Assembly: GCA_964418755.1 (NCBI GenBank)
Contig: CAYQNS010000002.1
Location: 10,561-74,560 of the forward strand
Direction of reading: 5' to 3'
Source: an uncultured Desulfobacteraceae bacterium
GTDB taxonomy: Bacteria > Desulfobacterota > Desulfobacteria > Desulfobacterales > 4572-123
DNA length: 64,000 nt
The position numbers and the translations under genes were made by a program. Positions 26,942-35,250 of this stretch are shown piece after piece; the first letter of the stretch is position 1; each line of letters starts with the position of its first letter. The notes under the pieces were generated by a model that made no database searches, was not told the origin of the DNA, and saw only the letters and a program-made list of their open reading frames with translations.

Positions 26942-28627
26942 GTGCTGATGAGCACAAAAAACAGCAGGGCAGACAAAAGATTTATCGAAAAAGAAACCGG
27001 AGCGATTCGCAAGCAGTGGCGCAACCGGATCAGCCTGGCCCTTATTTATCCGAATCGCTATTTTGTCGGCATGTCCAATCTGGGATTTCAGACCGTTTAC
27101 CGCCTGCTCAACAACATGGACACGGTGGTATGTGAGCGGGTATTTTTACCGGGGCCCGATGCCCGGCCGTCCCAGCCCATCGTTTCGGTCGAATCCGGGA
27201 GACTTGTTACCGATTTTGAAATTATCGCATTTTCGATCTCCTTTGAAAACGATTATTCCAACCTATTGTCCATTCTCGAGAAAACCGGCATCCCCCTCCT
27301 GGCCAGTCAGCGAGGAACCCCCCTTCCTATAGTCGTGGCCGGAGGGGTTGCCTGTTTTTTAAACCCCGAACCGGTTGCTCCGTTTATCGACTGTTTCCTG
27401 CTCGGAGAAGCCGAAGGCCTGCTTTCTGAATTTATTACCGGTTATGAAAAACATTGCCGCGGTGTGGATGCCCCCAGGGACAAGTGCCTTGAAAAACTGG
27501 CCCGCAGTGTTCCGGGCCTCTATGCCCCCTCTCTTTACCAGCCGTACTACAATGCCGACGGAACAACACGCGATCTTGAACCGGTGGCTGACGTTCCGGA
27601 AAAAATTCATCGAATTTATGTACCGGACCTGTCGACGATTTCGACCTGCAGTGCCGTCTTGACACCCGATACGACTTTTGCAGATACCTATTTGATCGAG
27701 GTCAGCCGTGGATGTCCCCACGGATGCCGTTTCTGCACTGCCGGGTTTGTATATCGCCCCCCGAGATTCAGGCCATTGGACCTGTTGGAAGAATGCATGG
27801 CCCAAGGCATTGCCGCCGCCGACAAAATCGGACTGGTAGGGGCCGCTGTTTCCGATCTTCCATGGATTCGGGAGCTGTGCAGGAGATATGCCGGTCAAAG
27901 CCGGGTCTCTTTCAGTTCTCTGCGGGCCGACGCCATGGCACCCGAACTTGTGGCGACACTTCGGCAAAGCGGGGTCAAGACCGCAACCATTGCACCCGAA
28001 GCAGGCTCCGAACGGTTGCGCAAAGTCATCAACAAGGGGATCACCGAAAAGGATATCCTTACTGCCGCCGAGGTCCTTGTTGCCGGCGGAATACCCAACA
28101 TCAAGCTTTATTTCATGATTGGTCTGCCCACCGAAACCATGGAAGATGTCCATGCCATCGTTACCCTGTGCAAACAGATCAAAAGCAGATTCCTGAAATC
28201 CAGCCGGGTTCGGAGACATATCGGGGAACTCACCCTGAGCCTGAACTGTTTTGTACCCAAGGCAGTTACACCCTTTCAATGGGCTTCCATGGATGATATC
28301 GGTGCTCTGAATAAAAAGATCAAGTTGATCAAAAACGGCCTGAGAAGGGTTGCCAATGTCCGGATCAATACCGATATACCGCGCCGGGCCTATATCAATG
28401 CTCTCCTGTCACGCGGAGATCGAAAGGTTGCCCGGATACTGCTGGCTGCCCACGGTTATCACGGCAATTGGCCCCAGACCTTCAAAGCATCTTCCCTTGA
28501 CGCCGATTTTTATGTCCGACGCCAACGCGCCGTAGATGAAGTTTTCCCCTGGGATTTCATTGACTGCGGCGTTAAAAAATCTTTTTTAAAAAAAGAATAT
28601 GTACGCGCGCTTCAGGATAAATCGTAA
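26942..28627 (+). CDS. radical SAM protein with N-terminal B12-binding-like domain (TIGR03960-like, function unknown)
   Basis: It has the CxxxCxxC motif (GCPHGCRFC). The N-terminal pattern LIYPNRYFVGMSNLGFQ..Y..LN....CERVF matches my recollection of that uncharacterised family. Confidence 0.8.
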   Translation: MLMSTKNSRADKRFIEKETGAIRKQWRNRISLALIYPNRYFVGMSNLGFQTVYRLLNNMDTVVCERVFLPGPDARPSQPIVSVESGRLVTDFEIIAFSISFENDYSNLLSILEKTGIPLLASQRGTPLPIVVAGGVACFLNPEPVAPFIDCFLLGEAEGLLSEFITGYEKHCRGVDAPRDKCLEKLARSVPGLYAPSLYQPYYNADGTTRDLEPVADVPEKIHRIYVPDLSTISTCSAVLTPDTTFADTYLIEVSRGCPHGCRFCTAGFVYRPPRFRPLDLLEECMAQGIAAADKIGLVGAAVSDLPWIRELCRRYAGQSRVSFSSLRADAMAPELVATLRQSGVKTATIAPEAGSERLRKVINKGITEKDILTAAEVLVAGGIPNIKLYFMIGLPTETMEDVHAIVTLCKQIKSRFLKSSRVRRHIGELTLSLNCFVPKAVTPFQWASMDDIGALNKKIKLIKNGLRRVANVRINTDIPRRAYINALLSRGDRKVARILLAAHGYHGNWPQTFKASSLDADFYVRRQRAVDEVFPWDFIDCGVKKSFLKKEYVRALQDKS

Positions 28628-28772
28628 TTGCCATGCCCCATGCGGCCATGCATTGCATGCGGGGTGTGTAATAGCAATTAACCAATTAAATTTAATAGTT
28701 ATTTGTTAAAAATTCAACCAAATTTTTTATAAAAATGCGTAAAACCCGGAGTAAAAAATACTTGAAAGATAA

Positions 28773-28797
28773 AAGATGGTATGTTAATTACCATCTT
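28773..28797. promoter_or_regulatory. perfect 9-bp inverted repeat AAGATGGTA-N7-TACCATCTT overlapping a candidate promoter of the cytochrome/rnf operon
   Basis: TTGAAA lies at 28762-28767, and 17 nt later TAATTA sits inside the repeat loop. The repeat is about 65 nt upstream of the cytochrome ATG. Confidence 0.3.
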
Positions 28798-28860
28798 TGT
28801 TTTATTGATGTCCATGCAGCTTTTTGTTAGATGTCCAAATTGTGAAAGGAATCCTGTAGC

Positions 28861-29289
28861 ATGACCTCAAAGAAGGAATTGAAGTTTGCCTACCGCCTTG
28901 CGATTGTTCTTATGATTTTAGGAATTTTCTGCTATGCGGCCTACTCACAGAAGATCCCGGATCCCCCCATGCGAATGATGTTTCAAAGCGCCGCCGGAAA
29001 GATTCTCTTTGACCACCAAAGCCATGATGTAAACTATGGCATCGCATGCATTGACTGCCATCATCACTTTGAAGAAGAGGAAACCGAGTTTCGGGCCTGT
29101 GGCGACTGTCATGTCCATCCCGATGCAAAACCACCGACTGCAGTCTGCCTGGAGTGCCACGAAGAGGACGAAGTCGATCCTGGGGAAGATGCTCTTGAAA
29201 GGGCGGACGCATTCCACGACCAGTGTATCGGCTGCCATGAAGAAAATGATATTGAGCCTGTCCAATGTTCGGGATGTCATGTCATGTAA
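28861..29289 (+). CDS. membrane-anchored/secreted multihaem cytochrome c (five CXXCH; cytochrome c3/c7-like)
   Basis: It has an N-terminal hydrophobic segment, then CIDCH, CGDCH, CLECH, CIGCH and CSGCH. F-D-H-x-x-H precedes the first haem motif, as in class III cytochromes. Confidence 0.85.
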   Translation: MTSKKELKFAYRLAIVLMILGIFCYAAYSQKIPDPPMRMMFQSAAGKILFDHQSHDVNYGIACIDCHHHFEEEETEFRACGDCHVHPDAKPPTAVCLECHEEDEVDPGEDALERADAFHDQCIGCHEENDIEPVQCSGCHVM

Positions 29290-29345
29290 AATCGAATTTT
29301 CCGGCCGACTCTTGTTTGTCACCATCCAAAATTAAGGTTAAGCTT

Positions 29346-30632
29346 ATGATAAAGAGAGCATTCCGGGGTTTAAAAGCCCCACAAATCGAGTATGAACTGC
29401 TGCATGACACACCGGTCGGGCCCAGAAGCATCTTGCCGTCGAAAACAGTTACGCTCCTGCTGCCGGGTAAATACGAACGGAAAGACAAATTGACCCTGTG
29501 CGCCGGGGATAGCATTAAAACCGGGCAAAAACTCAGTCCCTATGAAGATAGCGACGATTATGCAATATCGAGCGTAACCGGCACGATTGCCTCCGTGGCG
29601 CCTTATACCGGCGATTTCGGGCAGTCCTTCACGACGATCATCATTCAGGCCGCTGAAAAAGAAAAAACCGATGACGCCTTTTCCGCTGCATGCAGTGATT
29701 CGGTGCGAAACGCCGTCACGGATTTTTTGGCCTGCGTGCCGGGAAGACCGCCGCTGGATCTTCTGGCCCGTCCTGACAAGCCCATTCACACCCTTGTGAT
29801 ATGCGGTATGGACGCAGATTTGATGATCGCCACCAACCAGCATATTATCAAAACCCGGATCGACGCAGTGACCCGCGGAATAAAAATTCTAAAAAATGCC
29901 TATGGCATTGAGAAGGCCATTATCGCCCTTCCCAGAGACCTGGTTTCCGGGTTCGGGCATGTGGGCGCCCGGTTGATTGCCGTCGATGCCTGCTATCCGT
30001 CCGCCAATCACCGCATGATCATGTACAAGGCGCTAAAACAGGTAGTGCCGGCGGATAAAAACTGCGAAGACCTTGGTGTCTGTTTTATCAGCGCCGAGGC
30101 CGCGGCTTCCATTGGAAGTGCCTTTGAAAAGGGCAGAATACCGTTTACCAAAACCATTACCCTGATCAACAAAGACCGAAAAAAAATAATGATTTCAGCC
30201 CGGATCGGCACCCCGGTAAGGGACATCTTCAAGGCCTGCGATGTCACGGTCAACGAACGGGACCGCATCATTTTCGGCGGCCCCATGACCGGCACGGCCG
30301 TCTTTTCGGAAAACCATCCCGTCGGGCCGGATACCGATGCCATTATCGTGCAGGCCAATAAAGACGTTACGCTGGTTTCAGATTATCCATGTGTCAACTG
30401 CGGCGAATGCGTCCGTCTATGTCCGGCCAACATTCAAGTCAACATGCTGGTCCGGTTTCTCGAGGCCGGAGAGTATCAGACCGCCGCCGATGAGTATGAC
30501 CTCCACTCCTGCATTGAATGCGGACTTTGCAGCTTTGTGTGTGAATCAAAAATACCTGTTTTTCAATATATTCGACTGGCAAAATATGAGCTTGCCCGGG
30601 AGAAAGCAGCGGAGGCAATCGATGATGAATAA
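29346..30632 (+). CDS. rnfC: RnfC-like subunit (2x[4Fe-4S]; nucleotide-binding loop apparently degenerate)
   Basis: The start was trimmed to ATG 29346 (MIKRAF, AAGG upstream). It has an RnfC_N-like barrel, GGPMTG, CVNCGECVRLCP and CIECGLCSFVCE. It is followed by rnfDGEA. Confidence 0.8.
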   Translation: MIKRAFRGLKAPQIEYELLHDTPVGPRSILPSKTVTLLLPGKYERKDKLTLCAGDSIKTGQKLSPYEDSDDYAISSVTGTIASVAPYTGDFGQSFTTIIIQAAEKEKTDDAFSAACSDSVRNAVTDFLACVPGRPPLDLLARPDKPIHTLVICGMDADLMIATNQHIIKTRIDAVTRGIKILKNAYGIEKAIIALPRDLVSGFGHVGARLIAVDACYPSANHRMIMYKALKQVVPADKNCEDLGVCFISAEAAASIGSAFEKGRIPFTKTITLINKDRKKIMISARIGTPVRDIFKACDVTVNERDRIIFGGPMTGTAVFSENHPVGPDTDAIIVQANKDVTLVSDYPCVNCGECVRLCPANIQVNMLVRFLEAGEYQTAADEYDLHSCIECGLCSFVCESKIPVFQYIRLAKYELAREKAAEAIDDE

Positions 30633-31581
30633 CAAAAAGTTCATAGTATCCCATGCGCCTTTTTATCACAATGGAAGCAAAATCTCCTCTACCGGCTATA
30701 ATATCATGGGGGCGACCCTGCCTGCCGTACTGATGGGCATTTACATATACGGGGTGCCTGCCCTGGGCGTGGTGGCGCTCTCCATATCTTCGGCCATGCT
30801 CTGGGAACTGCTCATGAACAAAGTGATGAAGCTTCCGGTAACCATCGGTGACGGGAATGCAGCTCTCATCGGTATGCTTTTTGCCATGCTGGTTCCGGCC
30901 ACCCTTCCCTGGTGGGCGGTCGTCACCGGAACTTTTACGGCCATTGTCATCGGTCAACAAATCTACGGCGGCATCGGCGGTAATCCGTTTAATCCGGTGA
31001 TCGTGGCCCTTACCATCCTCATGGTCTCCTGGAAGGATATCTTTGATTTTGACACTGCCCTGCTCAACTATGATTTTAATTTTGTAACCCTTTATCCTCT
31101 GGCAGCCCTGAAGCATTTTGGTTTGTCGTCAGTGGAAAGCTTTACACCCGGCGCACTTTTGCTGGGGCAGCAAACCGGCGGTATCGGTTCAACCTTCGGG
31201 CTGGGGCTTATCCTGGGCGGCATCTACCTTATTATAAGAGGGTATATCCGCTGGGAAATATCCCTTTCTTTTCTGGGAGGCGTCCTGATCACCGCATGGC
31301 TCTTCCAGTTGTCTGATCCGGCTGTTTATGCGGGGCCTGTTTTTCACCTTTTGACCGGTTATACCCTTATCGGGGCTTTTTTCCTGGCCACTGAAAATTC
31401 TTCCTCGCCGGTTAATTTCATCCCGATGCTGATTTACGGTGCCGGGGGTGGTATCATGGCGGTACTTATTCGTAATATCGGGGTTTATGTTGACGGCGTT
31501 CTTTTGGCTATTCTTCTTATGAACCTGGTTAATCCCATGCTGGATAAAATCAGACCCAAAGCACTTGGAAAGGTAGTGTAA
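30622..31581 (+). CDS. rnfD: RnfD/NqrB-family membrane subunit
   Basis: ATG 30622 has GGAGG 6 nt upstream and overlaps the rnfC stop. The N-terminus (VSHAPFYH) and the polytopic profile are typical of RnfD. Confidence 0.88.
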   Translation: MMNNKKFIVSHAPFYHNGSKISSTGYNIMGATLPAVLMGIYIYGVPALGVVALSISSAMLWELLMNKVMKLPVTIGDGNAALIGMLFAMLVPATLPWWAVVTGTFTAIVIGQQIYGGIGGNPFNPVIVALTILMVSWKDIFDFDTALLNYDFNFVTLYPLAALKHFGLSSVESFTPGALLLGQQTGGIGSTFGLGLILGGIYLIIRGYIRWEISLSFLGGVLITAWLFQLSDPAVYAGPVFHLLTGYTLIGAFFLATENSSSPVNFIPMLIYGAGGGIMAVLIRNIGVYVDGVLLAILLMNLVNPMLDKIRPKALGKVV

Positions 31582-31582
31582 A

Positions 31583-32173
31583 ATGCGCGAAATGATAAAA
31601 ATGGTAGTTGTTCTTACCATTCTGAGCTCTCTTTCAGGGGGCCTTCTGGCGGCGGTACGCAATGGCACCAAAGACAGGATTGAAAATCAGCAGCTTCAGA
31701 TGGTTAAGGGGCCCGCCATTCGTGCAATCCTGGAAGGCTGTACAAATGATCCCGTGGCCGATCGTTTTAAACTCAAGGACGACGCCACGGAAAGAAGCTT
31801 TTTTATCGGTATTTTTAACGGCAAACATGAAACCATAGCTTTTGAAGCCAGCGGCAAAGGGTATGGCGGCGATGTCGGTCTGATGGTGGCCGTCAATCTC
31901 ACAAACGACAAACTGGTGGGCGTCGGCGTTACCACCCACAGTGAAACGCCGGGACTCGGTGCCAAAGCAAAAACCGACCCTGCTTTTTCAAAACAGTTTA
32001 AGGGAGCTTCGATCCTGGAGCCTTTCAAGGTGACCAATGACGGTGGAGTAATCAATGCCCTCAGCGGTGCAACAATCACATCTAGAGCCGTTTGTGCGGC
32101 CGCCACTGAGGCAGGTCGAATTTACCAGCGGCTTAAACCCCAAATCAGCGATAAATTAAAGAGCTTACCCTAA
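31583..32173 (+). CDS. rnfG: RnfG/NqrC-family FMN-binding subunit
   Basis: It has an N-terminal TM helix, ETPGLGAK, and the flavinylation motif LSGATITS. Confidence 0.9.
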   Translation: MREMIKMVVVLTILSSLSGGLLAAVRNGTKDRIENQQLQMVKGPAIRAILEGCTNDPVADRFKLKDDATERSFFIGIFNGKHETIAFEASGKGYGGDVGLMVAVNLTNDKLVGVGVTTHSETPGLGAKAKTDPAFSKQFKGASILEPFKVTNDGGVINALSGATITSRAVCAAATEAGRIYQRLKPQISDKLKSLP

Positions 32174-32186
32174 CAGGGAGATCAAA

Positions 32187-32780
32187 ATGGCCAAATCGAT
32201 TGTTCAGGAATTTACCAAGGGGCTGTGGAATGAAATACCGCCGTTCAGGCTGGTACTTGGTCTCTGCCCTGTTCTGGGTGTTACAACGACAATGGAAAAC
32301 GGGCTCGGTATGGGGATTGCGACCACATTTGTCCTGTTATGCTCCAATGTTCTGGTTTCGGCCCTGCGCAGCGTTATTCCCGCCAAGGTAAGGATTGCCT
32401 GCTTCATCATCATTATCGCCACCTTTGTGACGGTGGTCGAACTTCTCATGCAGGCCTTTGCGTACTCACTGTTTCTCAAGCTGGGTATGTTTATCCCGCT
32501 GATCGTTGTCAACTGTATCGTGCTGGGGCGGGCCGAGGCATTTGCCTTCAAAAACAACATGGTTCTGTCCATGGCCGACGGTCTGGGCATCGGCATCGGA
32601 TTTACCCTCAGTCTGGGCGCCCTGGGAGCCGTTCGCGAGATTCTCGGTACAGGCACATTTTTTGGTAATGCACTGTTCGGCGCATCTTTCCATCCGTTTG
32701 TCTTTATGGTCCAGGCACCGGGCGCCTTTGTATGCCTGGGCCTGATGCTCTGTTTCATGAACATGGTCGGGAATAAATAG
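32187..32780 (+). CDS. rnfE: RnfE/NqrD-family membrane subunit
   Basis: It contains the LGLCPVLGVTT and PLIVVNCIVLGRAEAFA motifs. Confidence 0.9.
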   Translation: MAKSIVQEFTKGLWNEIPPFRLVLGLCPVLGVTTTMENGLGMGIATTFVLLCSNVLVSALRSVIPAKVRIACFIIIIATFVTVVELLMQAFAYSLFLKLGMFIPLIVVNCIVLGRAEAFAFKNNMVLSMADGLGIGIGFTLSLGALGAVREILGTGTFFGNALFGASFHPFVFMVQAPGAFVCLGLMLCFMNMVGNK

Positions 32781-32796
32781 ATTTAGGAGAAAGTAA

Positions 32797-33372
32797 ATGG
32801 GCGACTACATTGTCCTTATCATCAGCTGCATTTTTGTAAATAATATCCTGCTGGCCCAGTTTTTAGGAAACTGCCCTTTTTTTGGTACCTCCAAAAAGAT
32901 GGAAACCGCGGTGGGCATGGCCATGGCCGTCATATTCGTTCTGGTTATGGCCGGAGCCATTACTTGGATGGCCGAAACCTTTATTCTGCAAAAGTTCGGC
33001 CTGGAATTTTTACGCACCATCGTATTTATCCTGGTCATCGCGGCTCTGGTGCAATTCGTGGAGATGTTTTTGAAAAAAAGTATTCCGGCCCTGTACGCCG
33101 GACTGGGTATCTTTCTACCGCTGATCACCACCAACTGTGCCGTCATGGGGGCCTGTCTGATCAACATCAAGGAAGAGTACACCTTTGTCCAGACTTTGGT
33201 TGCGTCTTTCAGCTACGCGTCCGGTTTCGGCCTGGCACTGATTCTTTTTGCCGGTCTGCGGGAACGGATACTGCTTGCAAGGGTACCCAAACCGCTTCAG
33301 GATACCTCTATTGCGCTTATTACCGCAGGTATTATTTCTCTTTCCTTTTTTGCCTTCAGGGGAATGGTGTAG
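32797..33372 (+). CDS. rnfA: RnfA/NqrE-family membrane subunit
   Basis: It contains the LGNCPFFG and LPLITTNCAVMG motifs and is 191 aa. Confidence 0.9.
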   Translation: MGDYIVLIISCIFVNNILLAQFLGNCPFFGTSKKMETAVGMAMAVIFVLVMAGAITWMAETFILQKFGLEFLRTIVFILVIAALVQFVEMFLKKSIPALYAGLGIFLPLITTNCAVMGACLINIKEEYTFVQTLVASFSYASGFGLALILFAGLRERILLARVPKPLQDTSIALITAGIISLSFFAFRGMV

Positions 33373-33383
33373 GAAAATTACAG

Positions 33384-33941
33384 ATGGCCGAACATGTATG
33401 CCCGGTATGGGTTGGATATCTTCTGGCCAGCCCTTTGAGAAAAATATTCCAGAATCCTGACAAAATACTTTCCGCCTACGTAAAAGAAGGTATGAAGGTT
33501 CTGGATATTGGTTGTGCAATGGGTTTTTTCAGTCTTCCCATGGCCCGGATGGTAGGTTCCGGCGGCAAGGTAATCTGTGTGGACATCCAACCTAACATGC
33601 TTTCATCTTTAAAAAAAAGAGCTGAAAAAGCCAAAATGGCGCAAAGGATTGAAATGCGCCTTGCCAATCGTGATTCCTTTTGCATTGATGATTTGAAAGG
33701 CAAAATCGATTTTATTATAACCTCCGCGGTTGCCCATGAACTGCCTGACCCTTTACTTTTTTTTTCTGAAACATGGGAAGTCTTGACGGAAAAGGGGACA
33801 TTTTTACTGACGGAACCGTCCGGTCATGTTTCCAAAAAAAAGTTCAAAGCAACGATTTCAACGGCCGAAGCCCAGGGGTTTAAAGTCATGAAGAGGCCCC
33901 GGATAAAGCGCAGTCACAGTGTTTTACTGGGAAAGGCTTGA
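33384..33941 (+). CDS. class I SAM-dependent methyltransferase
   Basis: It has motif I, VLDIGCAMGFF. The N-terminus is H-x-CP-x-W...L..PLRK. Only the part from ATG 33384 of the 32964..33941 ORF is taken, because the upstream part overlaps rnfA out of frame. Confidence 0.8.
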   Translation: MAEHVCPVWVGYLLASPLRKIFQNPDKILSAYVKEGMKVLDIGCAMGFFSLPMARMVGSGGKVICVDIQPNMLSSLKKRAEKAKMAQRIEMRLANRDSFCIDDLKGKIDFIITSAVAHELPDPLLFFSETWEVLTEKGTFLLTEPSGHVSKKKFKATISTAEAQGFKVMKRPRIKRSHSVLLGKA

Positions 33942-33965
33942 TTCAACACTTCCTGCCGCCATTTG

Positions 33966-34601
33966 CTAAATCTCTATTATCCTGCCGACACCGCCTTGAA
34001 TGTATTTATCCGGATAAAGTTTTTTGATTTTATCACTAAACCGGGTGCAGTGGGTAGGACAGATCCAATCAATTTTTTTGATCAGATTAAACGTTTGAAA
34101 GCCATGCAGCCCGCCGATAATAGCAGAAACATCACCAAATTGTTCGGCGACGGTAAAAATCTGGTCAACACCGGGGTGTGAGCATCCTGCAATGACAATA
34201 ATTCCGTCCTTTTGTTTTACCATAAGGGACTGTTCGATCCCCGCCAATGTACCGGTTGACCAGATGTTTTCATGAATCATGCGACTTTTCTCGATCCGTA
34301 TCACTTTAGTGTTTTGATCAGGATTTTTAAATCCTGCAGGCGCATAAACCGGCACGTTGTTTATTGCCAGGAATTGGGGAAGTCCTCCCGTGTGATCCCA
34401 GTGATGATGGGATATAAAAATCTCATCGACCGCCATGGGGTCGATATTCAGTTGCTTGATATTATAAAGAAGCAAACTCCCCTTTGCCCCGGTATCAAAA
34501 AGTATTGTTTTTCCGAATACTTCAGCCAGACAGGCAAAGCCCCAGTCGGGTTTTAAATTTTTATTCCATGTTGTATTGTCATATAGAATTGTAATTTTCA
34601 T
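33966..34601 (-). CDS. MBL-fold metallohydrolase (COG1237-like)
   Basis: It reads MKITILYDN...GFACL...ILFDTG...ISHHHWDHTGGL. Confidence 0.8.
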   Translation of the reverse strand: MKITILYDNTTWNKNLKPDWGFACLAEVFGKTILFDTGAKGSLLLYNIKQLNIDPMAVDEIFISHHHWDHTGGLPQFLAINNVPVYAPAGFKNPDQNTKVIRIEKSRMIHENIWSTGTLAGIEQSLMVKQKDGIIVIAGCSHPGVDQIFTVAEQFGDVSAIIGGLHGFQTFNLIKKIDWICPTHCTRFSDKIKKLYPDKYIQGGVGRIIEI

Positions 34602-34705
34602 TTTTTCCTATCTTTTGTTAAAATCCATTATCTAAAAATCAATCAAAATTCACGATGTCTGAATTGATAATTTTTTTAATTTTGGTATCGCTTAAATCAA
34701 ATCTA

Positions 34706-35200
34706 TCAAATCCTGAAGTTGTTGGTTACAAATTTCTGCTTGTAGGATTCGTGCCAGCCGGCAGGTACCGGGAAATCGGCATATAACTGTGAACGATCCG
34801 CCTCAAGAAACCGTCGGGTCTGATGCATAAAATCGGCAGCACACATAATTTTCCCATGTGTTTTCGATTTCAGCCCATCCAGCCAGGAAACCCCGGCCCT
34901 GCACCGCAACAGATGATGATCTATAATGCAGCAAGGTACTTTGTCGGCCAAGGCCGTTGCGCGCGTGTATGCATCATCGATTTCGTGATTCGGAAGCTGA
35001 CGATATATGGGCGTATGAGACAATCCGTGCGGCATGGTTTCCGAGAAGCTTATCCGGTCATGCGATTGACCGTTACAAGGATTAAATGGTTTTTCAAGGG
35101 CTGCAAACAGCTTGCGGCATCGATCCTCGATATGGACAACACAGCAAAGTCCTCTCACACCAAGGGATTCGGTTCCAAGAATTTCGATTCGCATGGACAT
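34706..35200 (-). CDS. hypothetical protein; N-terminus resembles COG2248-type MBL-superfamily hydrolases but is short and lacks a clean HxHxDH
   Basis: MSMRIEILGTESLGVRGL resembles that family's start, and IIDHHLLR sits where SHYHYDH would be. The product is about 164 aa against my recollection of about 300 aa for the family. The start was trimmed to avoid overlapping the SGNH gene. Confidence 0.4.
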   Translation of the reverse strand: MSMRIEILGTESLGVRGLCCVVHIEDRCRKLFAALEKPFNPCNGQSHDRISFSETMPHGLSHTPIYRQLPNHEIDDAYTRATALADKVPCCIIDHHLLRCRAGVSWLDGLKSKTHGKIMCAADFMHQTRRFLEADRSQLYADFPVPAGWHESYKQKFVTNNFRI

Positions 35201-35250
35201 GCCATTCGCTCTTTTTGCTATTTTAAAAACTATTGCCGAAAAATTTACTT

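Noticed and set aside
30337-30621. The upstream 95 codons of the ORF-track rnfD ORF.
   Set aside because: They overlap the rnfC 3' end out of frame. The RnfD-like sequence begins only at MMNNKKFIVSHAPF (ATG 30622), which has its own GGAGG.
32964-33383. The first 140 codons of ORF 32964..33941.
   Set aside because: They overlap rnfA in another frame with Arg/Gly-rich nonsense. Methyltransferase homology starts at ATG 33384, just after the rnfA stop.
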